Shown here in pieces: positions 18,269-33,890 of a stretch of 64,000 nt of DNA (positions within the stretch are counted from its first letter, which is position 1; each line of letters starts with the position of its first letter). The translations under genes and the position numbers were made by a program. The DNA lies in contig CM082597.2 in the NCBI GenBank assembly GCA_040954595.2, positions 2,120,422 through 2,184,421 of the forward strand, given 5' to 3'. A model generated the notes under the pieces. It was not told the origin of the DNA, did not search any database, and saw only the letters and a program-made list of their open reading frames with translations. The stretch is from Balanoglossus misakiensis. Taxonomy: Eukaryota > Animalia > Hemichordata.

Positions 18269-19943
18269 ATGATTGGTAAGTTGTTAGGTATAGTTCTGTA
18301 ATATTAGAGAAAAGGAATCAGTAACTGTAATGTTTGGTTACTTTGAGAAGTAATTTATAAATCATTCAGACGTGCTCAGAACTTTGTCTTATGGAGATTC
18401 AAACTTGCGTTGTGTGACATGTAAATAATTTGTAATGTTAACTATATTGCTCTTTTGTATATATATATTCCTGTAGCGAGAAAACAACGGAACATTGGGA
18501 TATGCTTCTTCATAGCCACGACTGCATTTATTGGATTAGTATTGATCAGCCAGAAACCACTTCTACATGAACGCATCAAATGGTAGGCACTTGTGTTTTT
18601 ATGTGAATCTCATGTAGCAATAGCTGAGTTGGTTAATTACAGTAGCGACGGACTGCTAGCTAGCCAAGTAACACAAGCCATTGCTTTGTATGAAACTAGA
18701 CTAGGTGCATATTATAACACAATTGTAATTTCTGTGGCGTTCAACTCGATGGGCCGTGTGTTGTTTTTCCTGTGTCTCGCCGCTTTGATTTGACCACGTG
18801 AACGGAAGTACGAGGATGTAAGGTCATGTAGGGGTCATGAAAGTGGCCAACGAGAGGTGACCGTATCATTCAACCATCAGGGCTCCTCTTAGGGTATAAC
18901 AATTTATTTATTTATTTATTTTATCCAGGAAAGGGTATTTATTAACACAAACAGTTGCGAGTACACGTGCACCACAAGCTCGTAGTAAGGCCGAACACCG
19001 ACAATCTGCTTCTTGCAAACCGCAGAGGGACTTCGTGTACATCAAGATACCCAAAACCGGAAGCAGCACCCTGTCGAAGATTTTATTCATGTACGGAATC
19101 AATCACGAATTAGTCGCAGCCATTGCTCCGAGGTCTCACTTCTTCATCCGCAGGGACGACTCCCTGGAACCACACATGCAAATGCAGGTGCTTCGATACA
19201 ACTGCACGTCATTTCCGGGGTACAACTACATAGCCAGCCACGTCATCTACAATCGCGAGGCTATGCAGGCACTGATCCCGAAAGCGAAATTCTTCACGGT
19301 CATTAGAAATTCATACAACCACGCGCGATCATGGTTCTATGCTGGGGATGATCATTTGTCTACAAAGACATCCAAGTCGTTTGAAAATTACATGCTTGAG
19401 TATTATTCAAAGAACCATGAAAACCTGAATAGCAAATGTCTCAAAACTGTAACGATGAGCCAGGCTAGTTTCTTGGGTATAAACCAAGAAGACTGCCCAA
19501 ACTCCACCTCATTAACTTCAACTTTTGAACAGTTGGAAAGAGAGATTGACTTGGTGTTGATCAACGAGTATTATGAAGAATCTCTGATCCTGTTGAAGAA
19601 GTTGATGTGTTGGGATGATGTTGATCTCGTGTACGTGTACACCCACTTACATGAGTATGTTCGGGCGCCTGAAGATCCCAAAGTGCGAGAGGTGATAGAC
19701 AAGGTAAATTATGTGGACGCCATGATGTACGATCACTTCAATCGCTCCTTCTGGAAGAAAATCGACGAGTACGACGGTGACTTTCAACAGGATTTGGCCA
19801 GATACCGACGGGTCCGAAATGAAACGCTGACAAAATGCCCGAAGGAGAGACCGCAATCGCCCTACTGTGTTCAGTTAACCAAAATTCCACAGCACCCCCT
19901 ACAAGGACAGGCCTACCAATACCAAATGAAATGGATGTGTTAG
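18269..19943 (+). CDS. Galactose-3-O-sulfotransferase family Golgi type II membrane protein, 3 coding exons
   Basis: Exons 18269-18275 (ATG ATT G), 18477-18582 (ARKQRNIGICFFIATTAFIGLVLISQK, TM anchor) and 18929-19943. The last exon carries the 5'-PSB FVYIKIPKTGSST, the 3'-PB FTVIRN..S.F.Y, DLVLINEYYEESLILLKKLMCW and D..MYDHFNRSFWKKI, all typical of GAL3ST proteins. Confidence 0.9.
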
Positions 19944-21876
19944 CAAACCGATATGAGGATATTACTAATAAATGTGCACTGAACGATATCCTAACATGAT
20001 ATGGTATCAGTGAATGGGACTTAGGGTCACAATCTCTTTCAACACACACCAACTCAGTAGATTTTTAAAACTGAAAACACGGTTTTACTTTCAATAGGGC
20101 TGTGTTCACGGCCTGGGAAAATGAGGAGGTGGAAGGGCGCTGAAAATATTTTGGTTTGATCGTTTCGCAGCCAGCATTTCTAAACCCTCAAATTTGGAAT
20201 CTTATTTGGTGGTGGTGGAGGTGGTGGAGGTTTGTGATAAGGCCATTAAATAATTGTAAACACTCAAAAGGATAGTGTCGTTTGAATTGCAAATGTGCAG
20301 ATATTTACTTATTAAAATATCATAAATATTATGACCAAATACAGATTTATTACACCCCGTGCTTACAGCAGCCTAAGGATAAAGATTTGGCCATTTATCA
20401 ATGATGTACTAATATAAGAACTTTGCATGTAATGACATAATGATTAAAAATATTAATATTAAATCATTTGAATATCACTGGTAGTGGCCTCAATATCTGA
20501 TCCCTCCTAAAAACGATTTTAAATGCATGCAGTATGGATTAACCCAAAACTCGTTATAATACTGAATCAAATCTGTTATTTTAATTTTGCACTATTGTTT
20601 TATGTGTTTTTATAAGTATACATTATTTATCTGTCTGCCTGCCTGCATACCTCTGTGGGACCAACATAACAGCTGTTTCAGCTCATCTATGTTTTACCGC
20701 TGTCCACATCTATTGCATCATCCTTTGTCGAACCTGGAACGTCACAACATGATCCTATGAGAACAAAACTATTTTTTGGTTACAGTCCTATTATTCTGTG
20801 AACTATTTTTTTTTCTTTAAAATATTTATGTATCATGAACATGTAAATAGTATGGATAACTGGTTATTTAGCATATTTCAATGAGTAGCACAACAAGAAT
20901 ATGAGTTACAGAGAAAACACGCCACACACCTGGCTATATGTTAAGACTAATCTTAATCCATGATTATTGTGTTAATCTAGATCTATCCGTGATAATGGAT
21001 TGAAACTAACAATCTTCTTACATTTCGTATGTTCACTTGCGTCTTCCATATGAGCGGTGTCGTGCGCAAATTCAATTCATATTGTAACATATTTAAAACT
21101 ACCACAAATATAGCACTTGCCTAGTAATTCAAAATATATTTAATATTACCAATCGTAAAATGAATAATAGAGATGCGCATTTGGGTGATGAAATGCAATA
21201 ACCCTGATTGTATATTCATTGGTATAAGTACCAACTCACGGTAGAATTACAGGTAACAGCTGGCGGTGTAAGAGCATTCAATTGGGATGGGAACATGATG
21301 TGCATATGCAACGTCCGAAGTTTGTTTCTTTTAATTTTAGGAGCAAAGGGTTGATTGTCAGTATATCTCGATTTTGAAAAACTCTTCCTCTCGAAACTTC
21401 AGGAAGAGATAGACTTCCGGTGACAAACGTCATTGGTGGAGACTTCCGGTGGGTGATGTGGGTTGTCTGGCAAAATAACACTTTCAGTATTGAACATACA
21501 GATTTGAGACATATATACGTAGACCATCGCAGCTGTTGCAGGGCATAGATAAAACGGATTAAAGTCCTGGGTCAAACCATTCTGCCAAGAGGGGTGGGAT
21601 ATTGTACTTCGCTTGCTTGTTTTGTCGGGAGAATGAAAATTCATGTTGTAAATTTCGTTATATTTCATTTATTTCGGCTTTCACCACTCTATATTTTTAC
21701 CCGAGATAAAATGTGCTCCATCAGTTCATTTTTCACCAACCAAGTCTATGCCTCTCCCCCTACTGTAGAAGTGGACGCACCGTGTTCATAAAATGCACCC
21801 ATTTAGTTTGCTTTCCCTCACATTCCTTTGATTCCGTCGTCACATCCAGATCTCGTTGACGATCCTCAGAGGACAA

Positions 21877-23897
21877 ATGAAGACTTTGACGCCCCTCCTG
21901 TTGCTGTTAGCAACAGCGTGCCTGTATGTTTCCGGTAAGCGCCCCTTCACCTTACCGACAAGGAATCCGTTTCTCATTAATCATGCCAAGCGATGTCCAC
22001 ATAATATAATCAAAGTTTGTTTTTGCTTGATTTAGTGAAAAATAATATCTGTTAAATAGGATAATATAAGTGAATGGCAATCCCGAGTAATACACGGTAA
22101 AGACCAAAATCGTATATTGTCACCACCTCACGTGCACATAGGGGTATAATCTCTTTAAAAACTGAAACAAATATTTCAGTGAAAATTCGCTGTGATTTTA
22201 ATATGATTTCATGTCACAATGATCAGCGCGGGCCGTTCGATACATGTAGATTTGTCGGTCTAATTTCCCGGACAGGGTCCCTAAGCTTCCAAAATGCTGA
22301 CTCAAACGTGTACGATGAGGACGTGGGCCATATTGTCAGAGATAAAAAATCCCGTACTAAGCGGTATCTGTGTTGTAACCCACAGTTCACCATGCCAAAG
22401 AACTTAATAGTCTCTCATAACAAAAGTCGAACAAAACATCCGCAAATATGGCCTTTTTTCTTATCCAAATGTATAAATTTCTTCTGAAATATAAATGGAA
22501 ACACGAAGCAAACATGCAACGTGGCAGAAAGCAAATTTGATAGTTTTTGGCAACAGGTGTCAGGAGTCCACTCCGTCGTGCAAACTGCGCCACGATTAAC
22601 TAATTGTGTCCACCTGTCTTGTTTGCAACGGAGGTCGTGACAGCGAGCATGCCGTTAAAATGTTGACCTCACGATTTCGAAAACAGGTTGACCTTTGTCC
22701 CCACAGCAACCTCTGCATGGAAATAATAAAGCATGCATCCTTCTGTAGTAACATGTTTTCTGCTTTTTATGTTAAATAGTCAGTTGAACTTTAATTTCCT
22801 CCACCACAACAACCACCACCACCACCACCATCTACAACAACAACAATAACAACATCGGAAAATTGTTCCTTTTGACAATTCTTCCTTCTGTTTCCTTAGA
22901 CAACATTGAATTGACTGGAAACAATTTCAACTTTCTCATTTTAGAGGCAAAATCATTGGTTCGAACGAACCGTGTGGCAGTGATGACCCAGAGCAAACCC
23001 ACAGCGGTAAAATCAACTGGTCAAAAGTTGTATGTAAAGGGTGGTTTGACTGCAAAGGTTTCTGATGACATGATTGGTCGAGTGTCCGACGACATGATTG
23101 GTCAAGTGTCTGATGACATGATTGGTCGTGTCTCTGATGATGAAGTGATTGCTCAAGTCTCCGATGACATGGTTGGGCGAGTCTCCGACGACATGATTGG
23201 TCAAGTGTCTGATGACATGATTGGTCGTGTCTCTGATGATGAAGTGATTGCTAGAGTCTCCGATGACATGGTTGGTCAAGTCTCCGATGTCATGATTGGT
23301 CGTGTCTCCGATGACATGATTGGTCGTGTCTCTGATGATGAAGTGATTGCTCGAGTCCCCGATGACATGGTTGGGCGAGTCTCCGATGACATGATTGGGC
23401 GAGTCTCCGATGACATGATTGGTCGTGTCTCTGATGATGAAGTGATTGCTCGAGTCTCCGATGACATGGTTGGGCGAGTCTCCGATGACATGATTGGTCG
23501 TGTCTCTGATGATGAAGTGATTGCTCGAGTCTCCGATGACATGGTTGGGCGAGTCTCCGATGACATGATTGGCCAAGTGTCTGACGACATGGTTGGTCGT
23601 GTCTCCGATGACATGATTGGTCGTGTCTCTGATGATGAAGTGATTGCTAGAGTCTCCGATGACATGATTGGTCGAGTCTCTGATGATGAAGTGATTGCTA
23701 GAGTCTCCGATGACATGATTGGTCGAGTCTCTGATGACATGGTTGGCCGAGTCTCTGATGACATGATTGGTCAAGTCTCTGATGACGAAGTGATTGCTAG
23801 AGTCTCCGATGACATGATTGGCCGAGTCTCCGATGACTTCCTCGGGCGTGTGTACGATGACGAAATCGGTGTAGCAACTGTTATTGACGATGAGTAG
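21877..23897 (+). CDS. Secreted acidic repeat protein / candidate multi-copy peptide precursor, (VSDDMIGR)n, 2 exons
   Basis: Exon 1, 21877-21934, is MKTLTPLLLLLATACLYVS+G with a GTAAGC donor. It joins in phase 1 to the acceptor ttttag at 22944/22945, giving EAKSLVRTNR... and ~33 repeats of 8-9 aa up to TAG at 23897. CATAAAA TATA-like element at ~21787. Confidence 0.85.
23056..23870 (+). repeat. Coding tandem repeat of 24/27-bp units
   Basis: Units gtctccgatgacatgattggtcga and gtctctgatgatgaagtgattgctcga, with mostly synonymous variation and no frameshifts. Confidence 0.95.
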
Positions 23898-24512
23898 TAT
23901 GAATAACATTGGTAATTACTGTGATAAAATAAGTAATGAATGAAATGTTGCTGCATGATTTTACATTAGTATATCGGTTATTTTTTCATTGACACTGATA
24001 AGTATAACTGAGATGATTTGTGCTTTTTTTCGTTTCAGAAATATAAGCGGTGACTGGCATAAAGTAAAACATAATAACTGCAGCAATCATGGTGTATGGA
24101 GCTTTGGTGAATCGATCGATCTCTACAGCACTCGCTACCGGGATTAATGTATCACATAGCCACGGTGTATAATATGTGGTATATTTTATTGTTAACACAG
24201 TTGAATAGAAGTCATCACTTCATTTACAGTGAATTATTTTGCCAAATATTCAAATTTGGTCTTCGGTGGACATTACCCACAACCGACTGGGTGTGGAGTA
24301 TTCTCTTGTGCAATTGCAATAGCTTCTGGAATAAAATGATGGTATAAAATGGAACTTGTCCGTCAGATGTTGCCTGGTATTAATCTAATATCAATATCTG
24401 GTGGCGCACTTTTGTGTGTGTAAACACAGATGACGAGCATCGTTATTATTTACTTAAACATAAGCGTGCAAAACCGACGTACACGCAGTTTTTCCTGCAA
24501 GACTAGTCGAGC

Positions 24513-27603
<3,091 letters not shown>

Positions 27604-27698
27604 TGTTGGTGCTCGCCTCGTTGCCAGGAATCCTCAAAATGCGACCGGCTGTGCGTATGTCGCCCTTGACTCTGAGATGCAACGCTGGACGCAGCCGA

Positions 27699-27705
27699 AT
27701 TTATA
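27699..27705 (-). promoter_or_regulatory. TATA box of CAP paralog 2
   Basis: TATAAAT on the minus strand, ~95 nt upstream of the ATG. Confidence 0.55.
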
Positions 27706-28560
27706 GCTACGCTGGCGCTATCCCACAATTCCCTGGGAGAATGGAAATGTGCCATTCTGTAAGTCAAAATACTTACAGTTGAACCATAAAAAATTAATAA
27801 CCATAAAACAATTTTTTTCTGATAGGCAATTTAATAATAATGGCAAAAGATAGCGACTTGTCTTTTACTCGATCAATTTCTTTATGATATTTGCACAGCG
27901 CAGAAATAATTGAGACCAAACATTATCGCCGTTCTTACGAAGTGAAAAATAATTATCAGTCGTCATCGTGCAATTAAATACCATCCGAAATTTCATTCAG
28001 GTATTTCAGAGAGATGAAATTAAACTATGCAGATCTGTCATTTATTGTCAACGACGCAATGAGACAATGTTTTAATATTTGGGTAATTTGGCGTGGGTCT
28101 GAAATTTTGAAATTTGACTTATACACCGTGGGAGATTTCTAAATACGGCATTGATTCTTAGCGGGTCTCATCCAATGGTTCGGTGCTTAGTTAGTTTTGG
28201 TGCCTGGTGCAACTTTTAATAATATTTTGCACCTGGACAAAAATAACTTATAATTTAAGCCTGTGTTAAGTCAAGAAACCCTTGGCAACTTAGCAACCGA
28301 TCCAGGTGTGTATGGCATTGTGTTGAGTTATGATAAAATATGAAGGGCGTGTATGGTCCCAATGGGCCGTGGTAACTAAAAACACGTGTACGATTAACGA
28401 CGTTCGGGCCGATTGGGTGATAGCTGTATTTCGATATAACTACAAGAAAGTTTTGCTGTAATTATTGTCACTAAATATCACAGCTTTATATACATGTACA
28501 AATGTACTCCATTTCCATAATGTTTTAATTTGCGGACAAAAGAAACTTTGTTAGGGGTGT

Positions 28561-28607
28561 CATTCATTCATTCATTCATTCATTCATTCATTCATTCATT
28601 CATTCAT
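28561..28607. repeat. (CATT)n microsatellite
   Basis: Direct read. Confidence 0.9.
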
Positions 28608-29726
28608 CCAATACATCTATCCATTCCTTCATCACAGGCAAGTCATTCACGATTCATTCTCACTCATGTTTATATATAATCATTTTCAAATTCTGCCGGT
28701 TATTATTGCCACTGTCAGTTTCGGAAATAAATTACGCTTTTGATTTACCACTGACATCGGCATCTGAAATATTTCTTATTATCATCATATATGTCATGCC
28801 CAAAATATGTCAATATCTGTGGCTTCGGTACCCCGTTCTGAATTAAACTTTGGACCTTTACATGTACTCGATTTTCAAGACAATGATAACAATGTTAACT
28901 TCATTTGGATGTGTTGATAAGCTGGTTCTGAGCCCTATGTAAAGTGCCAATATACTGACACACTTTCTGTGATGCATGTCATTTTAATATTATGCATTAA
29001 ACGATAAAAACTGAAAATGCCATTTTCCTCATTACTGAAAGATGCTACGCATTCTTCCCTAATGAAAATATAATTAATACCGCTAACATTTATTAGGACT
29101 GCTTAAAATAACTTCTTTAATCTAATTTTGATTGTATTTACTTTGAGAGGGAGAGGGCACGTTGCCAGTAGCTGCTCGGAACTTGGTAGAACGACATGCC
29201 CACTTTTTACTAGCATGTCTGTATCGACTACAGGACATGTTGCTGAACAGTCAATCTGTAAAGACAGGCCAGGCCAAGTTTATCATGTGTTCCCTATCTG
29301 AAGGTGAATGACCGTTGGTTTCATAATAATAAGCATTGTTCGATAGATCTCCAAAATAATTCTCCAACCATTGTGATAGTCAGATTATATCACCCACTGA
29401 TTGCTAAAGCGTGCAACATTATGAAATGACAACCTTCTGACCAGATGCATCGTAGATAGATATATTGCGACATCACATACATAGAGAAAAAAAAAACTCA
29501 GTCCACACAAGTCATAGTGTACACCCAATCAATGTTCAGTTTACTACAATTGAGTTCCCAGAAAATGTACATATCATTATGTAGAAATAGCAAAGTGTGT
29601 TCAGTGTTGTGGCGGAATTTCTGATCACAAATCGCGTCAACTTGTCAGCTGTCCTACAATTACTGCTTGGTGATGGTCATTACGTCACCGACACTCTGAC
29701 GTCGCTCCATTGTATCATCGTCCGTC

Positions 29727-29814
29727 TCATTCCTGTAAATAGATGAATGATATCTATTAAAGTGGATTTTATTTTCGATGAGTCACACACAATCAATTCA
29801 AACTGGTGAGAAGG

Positions 29815-29845
<31 letters not shown>

Positions 29846-32354
29846 GAAGATTCACAAGAAGGTATACTTACATGTACATCATCTCGGATGTGTATCATTG
29901 GGAATTTTCCTCGTTCTTTGGCAAGAAAGAAAGGACGATTTTACATGTTAGTGAAATAATGCAAGAAAATAAGATTCAAGGTACAGGAATTCGATAATTT
30001 TATGAAAATGCAATTTTTTTGTCACAAATATTGATGCAGTTTGAATTTATCACGGTGTTGGTGTTTATATAAAAATGGGAAACTTACCTTGAACAGCTCT
30101 TTCTACGTCCTATATCAAACAAGAAAAACGAACAAACAAATCCTTTATTTATCTGACACTTACACAGATATGAAGCCAACTTGAGTTGCAGGGACGGTCT
30201 TTACACTGTAAAAATGAAATTAGCCATACTTACCCGCAATCCGAGATGCATGCGACGTTTTTCTGCAAGCGAACAGACAGTTACAAATTTAGTTGACCCA
30301 CTGTGGTAGCAAAATTAAAAATACTTGAAAATATTTCAAAAAAATATTTCCTTACCAATGTCGGAATCGTAGATGTCGTCATCGCTTTCCTGAAAGAAAA
30401 CGACTTAAATTGTCAAAAACTCAAAACACTCGTGAAGGTCTGCGTGACCGATTTTTCTATTTCTCTGAATACTGAATTCTTATAAGAAAGAGTGTCGTTG
30501 TAATACTTACTCTAAGTCCGAGATGCATTCGTCTTTTCTCTGCAATGAAAGATGAGGGAGTTATCTTGGCAAATATTTCATATATGGGAACAGTGTGATT
30601 TTAGGAGCAGACAATCGGAATATTGTGACATAATCTATACTAATAATTAAGTTTTAATATAAAAATGATGTTAAGTTCAAATTAATACACAAGGGTCTCT
30701 ACGCGTGTGGAGATCTTTTTAAGTTTAAACCTACCTGGTTCGTCCTGAAGAAAGCGTGCAAAAAACACAGAAATAAATATTGCATAATTCACTAACAAAA
30801 GTACAGAGAGGAATGGTTAATATTTGATTGAACCCAACAAAGTTATGACCGAAAAGCATTTACAAAAAATGAAAGTAAACGTATTCTAGTGATGTTAGAG
30901 GGCGTCGTTAAGAGGGCGCTGTTCTCTACTTACTCTCAAGCCCAGATGCATACGACGTTTCTCTGCCAAGGAAAAATCATGAAAATGCAAATGAGTAGTT
31001 GTGAGACCACGTGATTACCTTATCGTTCAACGAGAGTAAAATGAGTGATAAAGTCATGGTTTAGTAATTGTCACATACCTGCTTCGTAGACCTCATCGTC
31101 ACTAGCCTGAAGCAGAACAGACAAGACATGAATGAATGATTCATGTAATTTATTAATTAAACCTGTCGCCATTTTCTCCAATTTTGAAACGAAGACTATA
31201 CGTTCATCCTCGCATATGAGCTAAATTTACTTACCCTAAGTCCAAGATGCATACGTCTCTTCTCTGTAAGTGAAGGGAAAACATTTAAGGTACAGTCGTC
31301 AACTTGAGAAGGTAAATGATTTAGACTTCAACTTCGCTGTGAGCTTGTCCAACGCATATATCCTTGACTTACCTAGATCTGGATAAGCCGCCTGTAATTT
31401 AATAAAAAAGAATAGTATATATAAGGGTTGAATCCAAATGTAGGCGAGGTATATCTTTTAATAATGTTGTGCGATTTACACCACTTTCTTCTGTAAAAAC
31501 CATACGCGGATTTTTTTACATTCTTTTACAAAATGATAGCCTTTAATATTCACTTTTATAAATGTATGCTATGAGTCTACGAAATTACTTACCCTGCTGC
31601 CGAGGCTGTAACGGCGTTTTCCTGCAAGAAGAAAAAATATCTGATCACTGTTTTGCAAATACATGTATGTATAAATTTACCTAAAACAGGAATTGTGAGT
31701 AATAGATTGGGCAGTAAAAAAGAACAGGTATAGTCTTGACCATTGTGAAGTCTCAACTTACCGAAATCGGGTTCAGCATCCTAAGAGCGAAGAGTCGCCG
31801 TGAAAAAAGAAATTGTACATATTGAACATGAAGTGAGGCAAAATGCAATATTTAGAACGTTTTGCACTATTTACACCAGAAACAACAATCACATCACAAC
31901 AAAAGTCAACAATAATAACAAAGTTTACAGAGCTGTACTCACCCTTAGACCAAGATGCATGCGTCGTTTTTCTATCATTAAAAGAAACGAAAATTAGTCT
32001 GGAGTAAGTATGGAGCTTCTTCAGTCACGTGTTAAGTAATTTGCATTAGATGTTAATCAAGCACTTTCGACAGAATTCGCCCCAAGTACTATAGAATGTA
32101 ATGGTAACTCACCGATTCCAGCATCCTGAATTGCCGGCATGGAAGAAAACAAAACAGACAGTGTATTAATTAATTTTATCACCAAGGTTTTTTGCATGGA
32201 ATGCCTTGGAATCTTGTAACGAAAAGCACGTATGGAATGTCACAACCTGTCTTGAACACAGAAGACGTATACTCACGCGTTCGGCAAGTTGAGCTGAGCC
32301 AAATCTCACGAACACGAAGAGGGCTGCCAACGTCACAAATACTGCGGCCTGCAT
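29727..32354 (-). CDS. Microexon-encoded prohormone/neuropeptide-like precursor (~148 aa; 5x RMHLGLR, 1x RYSLGSR), 16 coding exons
   Basis: Exons 32277-32354, 32113-32125, 31943-31971, 31762-31780, 31593-31621, 31373-31391, 31235-31263, 31079-31106, 30934-30962, 30735-30744, 30511-30539, 30356-30389, 30234-30262, 30088-30109, 29872-29915 and 29727-29732, joined by GT-AG introns and in phase. Product: MQAAVFVTLAALFVFVRFGSAQLAERDAGIEKRRMHLGLRDAEPDFGKRRYSLGSRAAYPDLEKRRMHLGLRASDDEVYEAEKRRMHLGLRDEPEKRRMHLGLRESDDDIYDSDIEKRRMHLGLRDVERAVQERGKFPMIHIRDDVHE*. The last two exons are less certain. Confidence 0.9.
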
Positions 32355-32416
32355 TTTGGCGGGAGGAATCGGCGCTGATCCGAACGAGAAGTGACATTCG
32401 ACCAGAAGAATTCTGG

Positions 32417-32444
32417 CTTTTATAGTTAGGCGAAATCTGATTGG
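32417..32444 (-). promoter_or_regulatory. TATA box (TATAAAAG, 32417-32424) and CCAAT box (32440-32444) of the peptide precursor gene
   Basis: Consensus motifs on the minus strand, 63-90 nt upstream of the ATG at 32354. Confidence 0.7.
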
Positions 32445-33890
32445 ACGCGAAGATGGGGGTAACCATGTGCTGATTTATTTTATCATCACCAACAAGGTCT
32501 TTGCACGTGTTTTTGTGATTAATGTCAAGAAAGTGGGGTTCATATATTCTGTATGAATATTAATATCTGTCTTACAAGTGTATAAGCTTGTTATCAACTG
32601 ACCTAAAGCTGTAATTAATCACCATGGCCACCAACACCTGCAGAGACAGTGGTGGTCATTTTTCAATCGTTGTTCCATGGAGACCACCAGCGATGACATG
32701 AACTCGTCTGTAGGGAATTATTTACAGCATAAACTGTCATTACATACTGATTAAGTAGATTGGATTAATGACATAGGTGAGATGGATTGGTTCGAATATA
32801 GCTGTTCTGTCGTCGCTTCGTCCATCTGTCCATGTCATGTGTACAACAGAAGGCAGACAATTTAGTTTTACAAGTTTTACAACGCACCCTCGCATGAAGT
32901 ATGGTGTACATGTAAAGTGAAGTGTCCTAGTGGCCTTTATTCACACTTCAGGATGATAATATAAAAATTCTACTTCACTGACAAGCGTGGTTACTAAAAC
33001 ACAGACAAAGTGACTGAAATAACCAATCAGCCATCATTGTAGGTCAGCCAAGATGGCGGATGTTGGTTATCACGTGATTCCCACAACTTAGCAACAGGTG
33101 TTAAGTTCTCAATATGTAAATAGTTTCGGGGCTTTGTGAACATGTGTTTTCTGTGCATGTCATTACAATACCATTAGCATATCGGTCGTTTTCTGAACAT
33201 GCGTGTCAATTATGTTTTCTGCAATTCAAAATGACGGCCTCCATAACCGCAGTAGTGAAGTTTTCAAGTCCCAAGTCTTGCACGTTGGTAGGTGTTATTT
33301 ATCTATTAAGGGTTAGCCACAACTGGTGGTCACTACACCTCTTGTCTCGTTTGCTTTGCTTTTATTCTAAGCGTGTGGCGTGTCGACAATGTCGAGAGGT
33401 TTTGGTGAGGTGATATGTGAGTCGGAATTGGAACGAGCTTCGCCTCAGGGTCAGGTTTGGTCTTAATGACCACACATAAGCTTTCTCTCAATCTTACCGA
33501 CATGACACAAACTAGGACTACCAAAGTAGTGAGGGTTTGGCCGAGTATTGATAATGTAGGGCTTATTTATTTACCCAAACTTGTGGAATTTCATTTTGTT
33601 GACTTGTTTATTCACTGTTAATCATTGTTATTACCAGTGACTTCGGCAAACAAAGCTGTAAATATTTTTGGCCATCATGCAAAAGAAGACATTTGAACAA
33701 ACATAATGACAGCTATGACGAAACAATGCACGGTTTAAAATTAATTGTTTATTTCAAACTCTTCCTGATCTGAAAAATGTACATAATACAAGATTCAAAC
33801 TCATATATTCAAAGTTGAAATTAATAACCGGAGAACTTTAATGTGTCTAGCTAAGAACAACTTTCAGTTGCACTGGCGAGAGACTGTTAT

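Noticed and set aside
20094-20376. Possible MITE with degenerate terminal inverted repeats
   Set aside because: The match between ends is too loose and no target-site duplication is evident without a repeat library.
23013-23909. 298-aa and 162-aa minus-strand ORFs
   Set aside because: Antisense shadows of the coding repeat. The plus frame has the signal exon, the splice sites and the synonymous variation.
30234-31971. Regularly spaced ~29-bp similar sequences read as CRISPR or a dispersed DNA repeat
   Set aside because: Each copy is bounded by AG/GT and five of the six differ only synonymously, so they are coding microexons.
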